This document shows, one piece after another, positions 54,257 through 62,880 of a DNA stretch of 64,000 bases; position 1 is the first letter of the stretch, and each line of letters starts with the position of its first letter. The notes under the pieces are model-generated. The model was not told the DNA's origin and searched no databases. It saw only the letters and a list, made by a program, of their open reading frames with translations. Made by a program: the position numbers and the translations under genes. Origin of the DNA: Chloroflexia bacterium (GTDB lineage Bacteria; Chloroflexota; Chloroflexia; Thermomicrobiales; CFX8); assembly GCA_030431755.1 (NCBI GenBank), contig JAUIIK010000005.1, forward strand, positions 2,801 through 66,800. The letters are read 5' to 3'.

Positions 54257-55792
54257 ATGGATAGCAACAGACCAGCCAGGCTTGGAGACGACGTGACCGT
54301 AGCGGGACAAACGACATTTCACATCATCACGATGGGCTGCTCGAAGAACCGGGTGGATTCGGAGGGCATGGGCCGCGTGCTCAACGCCCGTGGGCTGACC
54401 GAGGTCGCCCAACCCGGCGACGCCCAGATCGTCATCGTCAACACCTGCGGCTTCCTGGAGGCCGCGCGCAACGAGTCGGTCGGCATGATCGACCGGATGC
54501 TCGGTGGCCGCCAGCAGGATCAGGTGGTCATCGCAGCTGGCTGCATGCCGGCGATGCCGGGCCACGAGCACGAAATTCCGGACGGCGTCGATGCGGTCAT
54601 CACAACGCATCAGTGGGACCAGATCGGCGATGTCGTCGGCGGCCTGGTTGAGCTGCCGGATATCGAAGTCACCGGCCGCGACGGTATGTTGACCTCGTTC
54701 CCGCGCTCAGCCAGCGGCGGCCCGGCAACACCGAGCGCCTACGTCAAGATCGCCGACGGCTGCGACCACAATTGCCACTTCTGCGCGATTCCGCTGATCA
54801 AGGGTGGGCAGGTCTCCAAGCGCCCGAGCGATGTCATTCGCGAGCTCCAGGAGCTGGCAGCGGGCGGGACCAAAGAGGCGGTGCTCGTCGCGCAGGACAC
54901 GATCCGCTACGGGGCGGACATCGGCATCAAGCATGGCCTGCCAAAGCTGCTCCAGATGATTACCGAGGAAGTGCCGGACCTGCCCTGGCTGCGGATGCTC
55001 TATATCTACCCGACGCCGCTGACGCTCAAGATGGTCGATACACTGGCCGAGCACGACCAGCTACTCAACTACATCGACATGCCGATCCAGCACGCCAGCA
55101 AGGATGTCCTGCGGCTAATGGGCCGGCCGAGCAACCCGGATATGACCAGACGGCTCGTCGACCACGCCCGCACCAAGCTCGACGACGTCGCGATGCGGAC
55201 GACCTTCATCACCGGCCACCCCGGCGAATCCGAGGATGACTTCGAGCAGCTTGCGCGGTATCTGGAGGAGATGCAATTCGACCACGTCGGCGTCTTCACC
55301 TTCTCCCACGAGCCGGGCACGCAGTCGGCGCTGCTGGGCGACACCATCCCGCCTGCAGTCGCCGAGGAACGGCGTGACATCCTGATGGAGATCCAGCAGG
55401 GCATCTCGCTCAAGAAGAACGAGCAGCGCATCGGTCAGAAGCTCGACGTACTTGTCGAAGGCACCGGCGAGATGGAGGACGGCTACGGCAACACCGAGCC
55501 GATCAGCGTCGGCCGCGCCAGCTTCCACGCACCGGAGGTCGACGGCCTCGTCTTTATCCCAGGCCAGCTCCCGGAGGGCCAGCTCGTCAGCGTGACAATT
55601 GAGGAAGCCAGCCCCTACGACCTTTGGGCCGCGCCGCTCAATCGCAACGCCACCCGCCGCGCCTTCCGCACCGCCGAGCAGGAGGAGCAACGCCGCCAGC
55701 AGGTCCGCGCCACACGCCCCGACCAGGCTGGCCGCCTCTCGAGCGAACGCGCCCGTGCCAAGCAGATCATCCCGCTCGTCCCGGTAGATTAG
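54257..55792 (+). CDS. rimO: ribosomal protein S12 methylthiotransferase
   Basis: FHIITMGCSKNRVDSE UPF0004 start, radical-SAM CDHNCHFC, a TRAM-like domain, and a basic C-terminal extension. Confidence 0.8.
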   Translation: MDSNRPARLGDDVTVAGQTTFHIITMGCSKNRVDSEGMGRVLNARGLTEVAQPGDAQIVIVNTCGFLEAARNESVGMIDRMLGGRQQDQVVIAAGCMPAMPGHEHEIPDGVDAVITTHQWDQIGDVVGGLVELPDIEVTGRDGMLTSFPRSASGGPATPSAYVKIADGCDHNCHFCAIPLIKGGQVSKRPSDVIRELQELAAGGTKEAVLVAQDTIRYGADIGIKHGLPKLLQMITEEVPDLPWLRMLYIYPTPLTLKMVDTLAEHDQLLNYIDMPIQHASKDVLRLMGRPSNPDMTRRLVDHARTKLDDVAMRTTFITGHPGESEDDFEQLARYLEEMQFDHVGVFTFSHEPGTQSALLGDTIPPAVAEERRDILMEIQQGISLKKNEQRIGQKLDVLVEGTGEMEDGYGNTEPISVGRASFHAPEVDGLVFIPGQLPEGQLVSVTIEEASPYDLWAAPLNRNATRRAFRTAEQEEQRRQQVRATRPDQAGRLSSERARAKQIIPLVPVD

Positions 55793-55845
55793 TCGGGCAT
55801 TGAGGAACGATGAGATCTACCAACCGGCAACGTCAACACCATCTT

Positions 55846-55962
55846 CCTCCCCCTCTCCCCGCGTAGCGCAGCGAAGCAGTGGGCGGGGTACCCGCCTAGC
55901 GGGTCGCGGGACGGGGGGTGAGGGCGGCTGTTCTCCTACAAACTACGCACTACAAACTACCC
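55846..55962. repeat. repeat family A element (CCCCTCTCCCC ... GGGGGGTGAGGG ... reverse arm)
   Basis: The sequence at 55931-62, TTCTCCTACAAACTACGCACTACAAACTACCC, is the reverse complement of the family A arm. The core boxes match those at 31315-31356. Confidence 0.7.
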
Positions 55963-55980
55963 GCAGAGTAGAGAATTCCC

Positions 55981-56970
55981 TCACTCGGGCCAAACCGGCT
56001 GAAACATCACCCACTGCTCTGGAGCGCGGCGAATTGCGTCCTCCAGCACACCAACAACGCGTTCCATGCCTGCGCGGACATCCCGCTCACGGTCATCGGT
56101 CCGCTCGATGTAGATCGGGTCAATGATCCGGAAGTAGAACTCGTGCCGTCGATCGCGGATGCTCTTGCGGTAGGCAAATACCGGGATGAGCGGCGCGCCG
56201 GTTTCCCTAGCCAGCTTCACCGCGCCGACCGGCAGCGTCGTTGGCTGGCCGAAGAAATCGACCGGGTAGCCTTTTGCGCCGAAGTTGCGGTCGCCGACCA
56301 TCGCGACGAACTCGCCCTTCCGCATCGCCTGGACAATGTGTCGGATTGAGTGGCTATTGACGACCTCCAGGCGTATGCCGAGGCTGCTGCGCCAGTAGGT
56401 GACACCGGCGAAGAGATAGTCCGGCACCGTCGAGGAGGTCAGCACCAGCGGGCGATGGCGGCTAGTCAGCACATACTGACCGATGAAATCGAACGCGCCC
56501 ATGTGTGCGCTCACGAGGATCGCCCCGGCACCCTTGGCCATCGCCTCGTCGATCAGCTCCCAGCTGCCCTCTTCAACGTAGTGCATCGCTTCCAGCCGCT
56601 CGCGGTCGAGCCGTGGCAGCGACGCGAGGTCCCAGAAGTTGCGGCAGGATGTCCGGAAGACCCAACGCGCGCGCTTGCGTAGCTCGCGCTCGGGCAACGC
56701 GCCGGCATACACGGCCCGCAGATTGTCCATGACCGCGCGCCGGTACGTGTGGAACCGCAGGAACATCCAGACGGCGGTGATATCCGCCAACAGATAGCCC
56801 AGGCTCAGGGGCAGGTGGAACGCGAAAAAGCTGAAGACGCGCGCGGCGAGAACGCTCGCGCGGACGCTGTAACCCGTGCCGAGGCCGAGATCACTTAGGG
56901 CATTACGAGATCGAACCGCCACGATGTTCTGCCTGCTCTGCTGCCATGTCAACAGACACTGCGGCATCAC
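55981..56970 (-). CDS. lysophospholipid/lipid A-type acyltransferase (LpxL/HtrB/PatA-like)
   Basis: 329 aa, LPLAT_LABLAT-like, with an HMGAFD-type HX4D motif (SAHMGAFD). The start is uncertain; an alternative GTG lies at 56922. Confidence 0.7.
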   Translation of the reverse strand: MMPQCLLTWQQSRQNIVAVRSRNALSDLGLGTGYSVRASVLAARVFSFFAFHLPLSLGYLLADITAVWMFLRFHTYRRAVMDNLRAVYAGALPERELRKRARWVFRTSCRNFWDLASLPRLDRERLEAMHYVEEGSWELIDEAMAKGAGAILVSAHMGAFDFIGQYVLTSRHRPLVLTSSTVPDYLFAGVTYWRSSLGIRLEVVNSHSIRHIVQAMRKGEFVAMVGDRNFGAKGYPVDFFGQPTTLPVGAVKLARETGAPLIPVFAYRKSIRDRRHEFYFRIIDPIYIERTDDRERDVRAGMERVVGVLEDAIRRAPEQWVMFQPVWPE

Positions 56971-57610
56971 CGGAAGCTGCCTCGCCCGGTTGCTCTTCCT
57001 CGCTGAAGTAATACATAGCGTCGTAGAGCACCGGTAGGCCGCGAATCACGCAGATAGCGACCGACGAGTAGACGATGAACCAGACGATGCCACGAAAGAC
57101 CTCTACATCATATACCGAACCGAGGAATCTCTCCGGGGCCGTTTCCCACGCCAGCATCCAGGCGAGCAAGACGAACGCCAGGCCCTTCGACCAACCGTAG
57201 TAGGCACGGCTGAAGCGACCGGAGGTCAGGAACTGGGTGAAGGCCGAGCGCATCATCGTCGACTCGCCGAAGGGCGTCATGCCGCGGCCGAGCATCGCAG
57301 CTCGGACGACGTCGACACTGAAGGAGCGTGTGATGACGATCAGCGGCGCCCAAACCGGGATGAGTTGGAGGTGGGCAAAGACGACCCAGAGGACGTTCTC
57401 GACAACCCGGTCGCCGGCGATGTCGAGCACCGCCCCGAGATCGCTCGTCGAGCCGCGCCGCCGGGCTACCCAGCCGTCGAGTCCGTCGGCGAGGATGACG
57501 AGCGCGATGAAGATGCCAGCGATGAAGATCAGCCAGTAGTTGTCGCTGTAGAGCATGGCGACAGCGACGAAGAGCAGAATTATTCGACCAAAGGTGATCA
57601 GATTGGCCAT
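56903..57610 (-). CDS. CDP-alcohol phosphatidyltransferase family protein
   Basis: DGLDGWVARRRGSTSDLGAVLDIAGDRV matches D(x)2DG(x)2AR(x)8G(x)3D(x)3D. Confidence 0.85.
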   Translation of the reverse strand: MANLITFGRIILLFVAVAMLYSDNYWLIFIAGIFIALVILADGLDGWVARRRGSTSDLGAVLDIAGDRVVENVLWVVFAHLQLIPVWAPLIVITRSFSVDVVRAAMLGRGMTPFGESTMMRSAFTQFLTSGRFSRAYYGWSKGLAFVLLAWMLAWETAPERFLGSVYDVEVFRGIVWFIVYSSVAICVIRGLPVLYDAMYYFSEEEQPGEAASGDAAVSVDMAAEQAEHRGGSIS

Positions 57611-57693
57611 GTGCCTCCCAGCAAACCCCGGCCGGCTCCCCGGGTCGGCCTGGTCGCGGCAAGATGTGGCCGGTCAACCTATCCTAACATGGC

Positions 57694-58842
57694 TCAGATC
57701 AGTCCCGTCGTCGAGATCATGCCCGCCAGGATCATCAGCGCCGTGACGAATCCCGCCGCCAGCAGCAAGCGCGCCTCGAACGGCCGCTCAAGCGCAGCGG
57801 CAAAGGTCGCCAGCGCGCAGTTGACTGCGATGAGCGCCCCGGCGGCGACCGGGTAGATCCAGACGCCGTCAATGATCCAGACGCCGTCGGGTCGCACGAA
57901 CCACGTCGGCTCGCCGTTCGCGTCCCAGGTTACCGCCAACGGCGTGTTGACTGAATCGACCTTCCAGGCCGCCATAAAGACGAGCACGATCAAGACCAAC
58001 AAACTCAGGGCCAGCAACCGCGACGCGACCGGATCACCATCGACGATACGCGCCCGAAACAGACGGTAGGCCAGCGGGCGCGGGAACCTTATCTGACGTC
58101 GCGGCGCGAACCGCTGCGGTGCGGGCGCAGTCGGCGCCGGCGGGACTTCCACCATCGGCGTTGCAGGAAGTGCTGCCGGCGTCGGAGGCGCGTTCGCGTC
58201 GGGGGGCACGAAGGCGGGCCGGCCCGCGCCGCCGCGAAACGCTTCGAGCGCCTCAACGAAGAGGACCGGGCGCTCGGGCGAAATCGCCACGGTTCCGCCA
58301 CCGGTAGTGCGTATGCGCACGCGCTCGTGCGGCGGCGTCGTCGCAAATGTGCGCCAGTAGCCGTCCGATGTCTGGTTGAGCGAGTCGTAGTATCCGGGCC
58401 AGTAGCGTTCGTAACCATACACGTCGATGAGGTCGCGGGGCCGAAAAACGACGTCATCGATTTCGCGATAGGGGATGCGAACCTGGTGTCCGGCTGAGAC
58501 TATCGAGAGCACGGCGTCATCCAGGGTGTAGCGCAGGGTATACAACCGCACGGCCTGAATGCCGACACCTACCGTCATTGCCGCCGCGCCAAGCATCGGG
58601 ACGCCCCAGAGAACACGGCTGAACCCCGCGCCAGCCAGAACGCGCTGGAAGCAGAGCAGCGTCAGAATCATCCCAATGGCGAAAAGCGCTATGCCTATTA
58701 GCTTGCCTGCGCCGGGCTCCGGTAGCCAGGCGCTGCGCCGGTCAGGGAACTGCGTTTCACTGGGACGCGAGACTGCTGCGGGAGGAGCGCGAAACCGGCC
58801 GGGGTCAGGAATCTCGTCCAGAGCCCCGGGCCGGTCGTCCAC
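57694..58842 (-). CDS. membrane protein with bacterial PH-like domain, Pro-rich linker and C-terminal multi-TM domain
   Basis: Two TM segments, then a YdbS/YdbT-like PH segment (LRYTLDDAVLSIVSAGHQVRIPYREI), a PAPTAPAP linker, and 3-4 C-terminal TM segments. Confidence 0.5.
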   Translation of the reverse strand: MDDRPGALDEIPDPGRFRAPPAAVSRPSETQFPDRRSAWLPEPGAGKLIGIALFAIGMILTLLCFQRVLAGAGFSRVLWGVPMLGAAAMTVGVGIQAVRLYTLRYTLDDAVLSIVSAGHQVRIPYREIDDVVFRPRDLIDVYGYERYWPGYYDSLNQTSDGYWRTFATTPPHERVRIRTTGGGTVAISPERPVLFVEALEAFRGGAGRPAFVPPDANAPPTPAALPATPMVEVPPAPTAPAPQRFAPRRQIRFPRPLAYRLFRARIVDGDPVASRLLALSLLVLIVLVFMAAWKVDSVNTPLAVTWDANGEPTWFVRPDGVWIIDGVWIYPVAAGALIAVNCALATFAAALERPFEARLLLAAGFVTALMILAGMISTTGLI

Positions 58843-58869
58843 GTCTCACCACATTCACTGCGTCATCGG

Positions 58870-60315
58870 TCAGGAGCCAAGGAGACTCGGCGATTCGATC
58901 TCCTCCGGCAAAGGCACTTCCGCCGAAATCGACGCCGACTCCTGCTGGTCGTCCAGCCACCGGTTGACTGCGCCCTGTTGGAGCGTGCGGAGAATGGACA
59001 CTGTCAGCGGCCGGTCATCCTCATGACCTGTGACGAGGATGATGTGCCAGCCGAATTCTGATTGCACGGGTTCGGACAGCTCGTCAACGTCGAGCGAGAA
59101 CGCCGCTTCCTCAAAGGGTGGTGTCATGATGCCGCGCGGGAACCAGCCAAGATCGCCGCCGTTGATCGCGCTCGACGTGTCGGTGCTGACTTCTTCGGCC
59201 ACCACCGCGAAGTCTTCGGATTGCAGGCGCGTGTCGATGAGCTCAATCGCAGCGTCCCGGGTCGCGACCAGGATGTGGGAGGCACGGACCTGCTCCTGGC
59301 TCTCCGGGATGTCCTTGATGAGCTCTTCGTTGAGCTTCAGCCGTCCCAGCTGGGGTCGCGCAATCAGGCGCTCGAAGTCGCCGCGGCTCATGCCGGCACG
59401 GTCGAGGAAGTTGCTGTCGAGCAGCTCGAAGCCCGCCTCTGATGTCTCGATAGCCTCTTCGCGGTTTGGCGTCGAGGTCGGTTCGAGGGTCGGAACAGGC
59501 GTGAAGGTCGGCGGCGCATCGGGATCGGGTGTCGCCGTCGGCGCTTCCGCCGTCTGCGTCCCGACAGCTTCCGAGGTTGCGATGAAATCAGGCGTTGCAG
59601 TCTCGTCGGGATCAGCAGCCGTTTCTTCACCCTCGGCGGCCGTCGCTTCCGGCTCCGCTTCAACCGTAGCAGTCTCGGCGTCTGCGGTCGCGAGACCTTC
59701 CGCCGTGGCGGTGGACTGCTCGAAGAAGCCCTCGATGGTCTCGGTCGCCCAGGCTGCCGCCGTCGGCGGAATGGTGGACGTCGCGGTCGGCTCCGTCAGT
59801 GGTACCGGGGCGAGCAACTGATCGATATAGTCGTCAACCTCTTGTTCGGAGAGCACAATGCCAAAGTCATCCAGACCCTGCATCACGAGCTGATCCTGGA
59901 TCATCCCCTCGAGCGCTTCTGGATTGATGTTCTTATCGCCGTTCTCGAGGTCTTCAAGCTCAAGGGCCAGCGCCCCGATCTGCTGCTGGATGCCGACGCG
60001 CTGGTCTTCCGAGGAGACCTGCAATTGCTGATTGAGGCTCGTCACTTCCTGGAGCAGCGTGTACGTGCGATATTTCTCGTAGTCCTCGCGCCGAATGTCG
60101 ACGCCGTTAACCGTCGCATAGGTTTCTCGGGGCACGAGGATGTACTGCCAGATGGCCCCGGCCGCCAGCGAAAGCACAACGATGAGCGCAACGGCAGCGG
60201 TCGCGTAGATCAAGATCCGGCGCTGCCGCTCCTCACGTTCGGCACGTGAGACATACCGTCCATCGTTGGCGCTGCCGGTGAGGGATGCAAACCACACACG
60301 GACACGCTCAAACAT
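58870..60315 (-). CDS. peptidyl-prolyl cis-trans isomerase, parvulin/PrsA-SurA-like, membrane anchored
   Basis: N-terminal TM. The C-terminal rotamase block is VRASHILV...GGDLGWF....PFEEAAFSL...SEPVQSEFGWHII. Confidence 0.85.
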   Translation of the reverse strand: MFERVRVWFASLTGSANDGRYVSRAEREERQRRILIYATAAVALIVVLSLAAGAIWQYILVPRETYATVNGVDIRREDYEKYRTYTLLQEVTSLNQQLQVSSEDQRVGIQQQIGALALELEDLENGDKNINPEALEGMIQDQLVMQGLDDFGIVLSEQEVDDYIDQLLAPVPLTEPTATSTIPPTAAAWATETIEGFFEQSTATAEGLATADAETATVEAEPEATAAEGEETAADPDETATPDFIATSEAVGTQTAEAPTATPDPDAPPTFTPVPTLEPTSTPNREEAIETSEAGFELLDSNFLDRAGMSRGDFERLIARPQLGRLKLNEELIKDIPESQEQVRASHILVATRDAAIELIDTRLQSEDFAVVAEEVSTDTSSAINGGDLGWFPRGIMTPPFEEAAFSLDVDELSEPVQSEFGWHIILVTGHEDDRPLTVSILRTLQQGAVNRWLDDQQESASISAEVPLPEEIESPSLLGS

Positions 60316-60375
60316 GGATGCCTACCAATTTCCGTCCTCTAGCGGTACGCCGGACATTATCCCAGCGCGTTTCCG

Positions 60376-60681
60376 TTAGCGTCGTCGGCCGCCGCCGCGC
60401 CCGCCCCGGCCACCACGGCCGCGACGTTCACGCTGGGCCGCCCGGCCATCATCGACGAAGGGCAGCAGGCCCAGGTGTCGCGCGCGCTTGATTGCCTTCG
60501 CCAGCGAGCGCTGGTGCTTCGCGCTGATCCCGCGCCGCCGGCGTGGTTCGATCTTCCCAAGGTCGGAAATGAACTGGCGCAAGAGCGCCACATCCTTGTA
60601 GTCCACATGCACGATGCCGGCTTCGCCGATTGGGTTCACCTGCCGGCGCGGGAAGCGCCGCCCGCCTCGCCGTCCACTCAT
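60376..60681 (-). CDS. rpsR: 30S ribosomal protein S18 with Arg/Gly-rich C-terminal tail
   Basis: [50 protein letters not shown] core, followed by ...[18 protein letters not shown]. Confidence 0.95.
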   Translation of the reverse strand: MSGRRGGRRFPRRQVNPIGEAGIVHVDYKDVALLRQFISDLGKIEPRRRRGISAKHQRSLAKAIKRARHLGLLPFVDDGRAAQRERRGRGGRGGRGGGRRR

Positions 60682-60737
60682 CTCACTTTGCCTCTCACTC
60701 GTAGCCGGCCCATGCGTCTCCCAGCGGGCCGCAGTTG

Positions 60738-61211
60738 TTAGAACGGTACGTCGTCGATATCGTCTTCAAAATCGTCGGAGGGACGGCTCTGTGGCCCGCC
60801 ATCAGCGCCGCCACCGCCACCATAGCCCCCACTCGGCTGGCCCATGCCGCCGCCAGCACGAATCGCTTCACTCTCTTCGCGTGTGTTGAGCATCTGGAAG
60901 TTATCGCAGTTGATCTCGACATTGGTGCGCTCGACGCCGTCATTGCCAACGAAGGTATTGATCCGCGGCTGACCGTCAACGAGCACCTTCATCCCCTTGG
61001 AGAGGTAGGTGTCCGCGACCTCGGCCTGCCGGCCAAAGACGGCCACACGGTACCAATCGGTCTCGTCGACATAGTCGCCGCCACCGGACGGTCGCCGGCG
61101 ATTGACCGCAATCGAAAAGTTCGTCACCGGCGTTCCGGAGGGCGTGTAGCGCATTTCAGGGTCTCGTCCGAGATTTCCGACGACAATAATGCGGCTGTAT
61201 CCTCGCGACAT
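60738..61211 (-). CDS. ssb: single-stranded DNA-binding protein
   Basis: [39 protein letters not shown]-fold start, a Gly-rich linker, and an acidic tip DDIDDVPF. Confidence 0.95.
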   Translation of the reverse strand: MSRGYSRIIVVGNLGRDPEMRYTPSGTPVTNFSIAVNRRRPSGGGDYVDETDWYRVAVFGRQAEVADTYLSKGMKVLVDGQPRINTFVGNDGVERTNVEINCDNFQMLNTREESEAIRAGGGMGQPSGGYGGGGGADGGPQSRPSDDFEDDIDDVPF

Positions 61212-61240
61212 GCTCTGGCTCCTTGCCTGGTCGAGACGCG

Positions 61241-61822
61241 CTATTCCTCTTCTTCTTCGGTGTCCTCGCCGTTGTCGTCCGATTCATCCTCATCTGTAGC
61301 GGAATCATCGTCACTATCATCGCTAGCGTCGCCGTCACTATCGTCGCCAGCGTCGCTGCCACTCTCGGCAGCGGCGTCATCCGTGGTCTCGGATGGAGCT
61401 TCACTAGCCGCTGCCGCGCGCTCTTCGCCGGCAGCGTCATCCGACGAATCGTCTGTCTCGTCGGCTTCCGGCTCATCTTCGTCCCCGTCGATCTCTCGCA
61501 CGGTGAGCGGATCGAACTTGACGATCAGATGCCGGATGATCGCTTCGTCCAGCCGCAGCTCGCGGTCGAGCTCGGTAATCGCGGACGGGACAGCGTCAAA
61601 GTAGTAGAGCACGTAGAACGCGTCACGGAAATTCTGGATCGGATAGGCGAGCCGGCGATGGCCCCAGGGGCTATCGTGGGTGAACGATTCGATCGTTCCC
61701 TCTTGTGCCTCGATCAGTCCGTTGACGCGCTCGACGACATTCGGCAGACCGTCTTCAGTCACGGTCGGCGCGACGACAATCATCATTTCGTACTTGCGGG
61801 GTTTCGGTGCAGGACGTGCCAC
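61241..61822 (-). CDS. rpsF: 30S ribosomal protein S6 with an acidic C-terminal tail of about 83 aa
   Basis: RKYEMMIVVAP...RRLAYPI core. The GTG at 61822 (after GGAAGGAAA) is preferred over the TTG at 61876. The tail is rich in D/E/S. Confidence 0.85.
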   Translation of the reverse strand: MARPAPKPRKYEMMIVVAPTVTEDGLPNVVERVNGLIEAQEGTIESFTHDSPWGHRRLAYPIQNFRDAFYVLYYFDAVPSAITELDRELRLDEAIIRHLIVKFDPLTVREIDGDEDEPEADETDDSSDDAAGEERAAAASEAPSETTDDAAAESGSDAGDDSDGDASDDSDDDSATDEDESDDNGEDTEEEEE

Positions 61823-61851
61823 CTGGCGCAGTTTCCTTCCAACGGGTTTGT

Positions 61852-61899
61852 GTTGCCTGACGTGGCGCGCGGACAAGCGCAGGTCCGCGCCGTGGCAAC
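61852..61899 (-). promoter_or_regulatory. structured hairpin in the rpsF 5' leader (possible S6:S18 autoregulatory element)
   Basis: On the minus strand: GUUGCC-ACG-GCGCGGAC-cugcgcuu-GUCCGCGC-GCCACGUCA-GGCAAC (6-bp and 8-bp stems with an asymmetric internal loop). Confidence 0.35.
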
Positions 61900-61971
61900 A
61901 CTGAAAGGTAGTCTCTCAGTTCCTCTGCCGTGCCATTGCGAACGGCAATCACGAAGTGTAACAGATCGTGC

Positions 61972-62880
61972 TCAGGCGGATTGCGGCGGCGCTTGGACGA
62001 CCTGCACACCGGCGCGGTCGAGAGCGGGCGCAAGCACCGCGCCCGGCACATCCAGCTCCGTGGCGGTGGCCTTGATCGACTCGGCAACGCCGGCGACGCG
62101 CTCGTCCGCGACAAGCAGCAGCACCGTGGGTCCAGCGCCAGAGAGACAGCCGCCAACGGCGCCCGCGCGCCTGGCGGTGTCGATCACCGGGGCAAGGTGC
62201 GGGAACAAGCGCGCGCGGTAGGGCTGGTGGAGCCGGTCGTCCATCGCCTCGCTCACCAGCTCGGCGTCGCCGTCGCGCATGGCCTTGACCAGCAGCGCGG
62301 TCCGCCCAACGTTGGCGCTGGCATCGCTCAGCGGCACGCGCTTCGGCAGGACGCCCCGCGCTACGTGGGTGAAGGCGGCAGATTCCGGCACGAACAGCAC
62401 GGGCTGCCAGGGCAGTTCTTCGGCTATCTGGGCGGCCAGAAAGCCGTCGCCCGTCGCGATAGCCGCCGTAACGCCGCCCAGGACAGCCGCGGCGATATTG
62501 TCGGCGTGGCCCTCGATAGACCCGCCGAGGTCGATCAAATCGTCGGTCGCGAGCGCTGTGCCGGTCGCGAGCATCGAGCCAATCTGGAGCCCGGCGACGA
62601 GCGCGGCAGCAGACGACCCGAGCCCGCGCGCAACCGGAATCTGGGCGTCCATCTGCAAAGCGCATGGCTCGATGGGGATCCCGAGATGCCGTGCGGCGTG
62701 CTTGATGCCGATCTCAACCAGATCATCCCCGCCAAACAAGTCGGTCGCAGAGCGGCTTCTGGTCGGCGGCAGCGCCGGATCAACCCGGATCGTCAGATGC
62801 ACGGCGAGCGCGATCGCAAGGCTATCGAAGCCCGGCCCGAGGTTAGCGCTCGACGCCGGCGCGCGCACCTCAAAGGACAT
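61972..62880 (-). CDS. thrB: homoserine kinase
   Basis: MSFEVRAPASSANLGPGFDSLAIAL start and the GHMP kinase motif GLGSSAA. The ATG at 62880 overlaps the thrC end. Confidence 0.9.
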   Translation of the reverse strand: MSFEVRAPASSANLGPGFDSLAIALAVHLTIRVDPALPPTRSRSATDLFGGDDLVEIGIKHAARHLGIPIEPCALQMDAQIPVARGLGSSAAALVAGLQIGSMLATGTALATDDLIDLGGSIEGHADNIAAAVLGGVTAAIATGDGFLAAQIAEELPWQPVLFVPESAAFTHVARGVLPKRVPLSDASANVGRTALLVKAMRDGDAELVSEAMDDRLHQPYRARLFPHLAPVIDTARRAGAVGGCLSGAGPTVLLLVADERVAGVAESIKATATELDVPGAVLAPALDRAGVQVVQAPPQSA

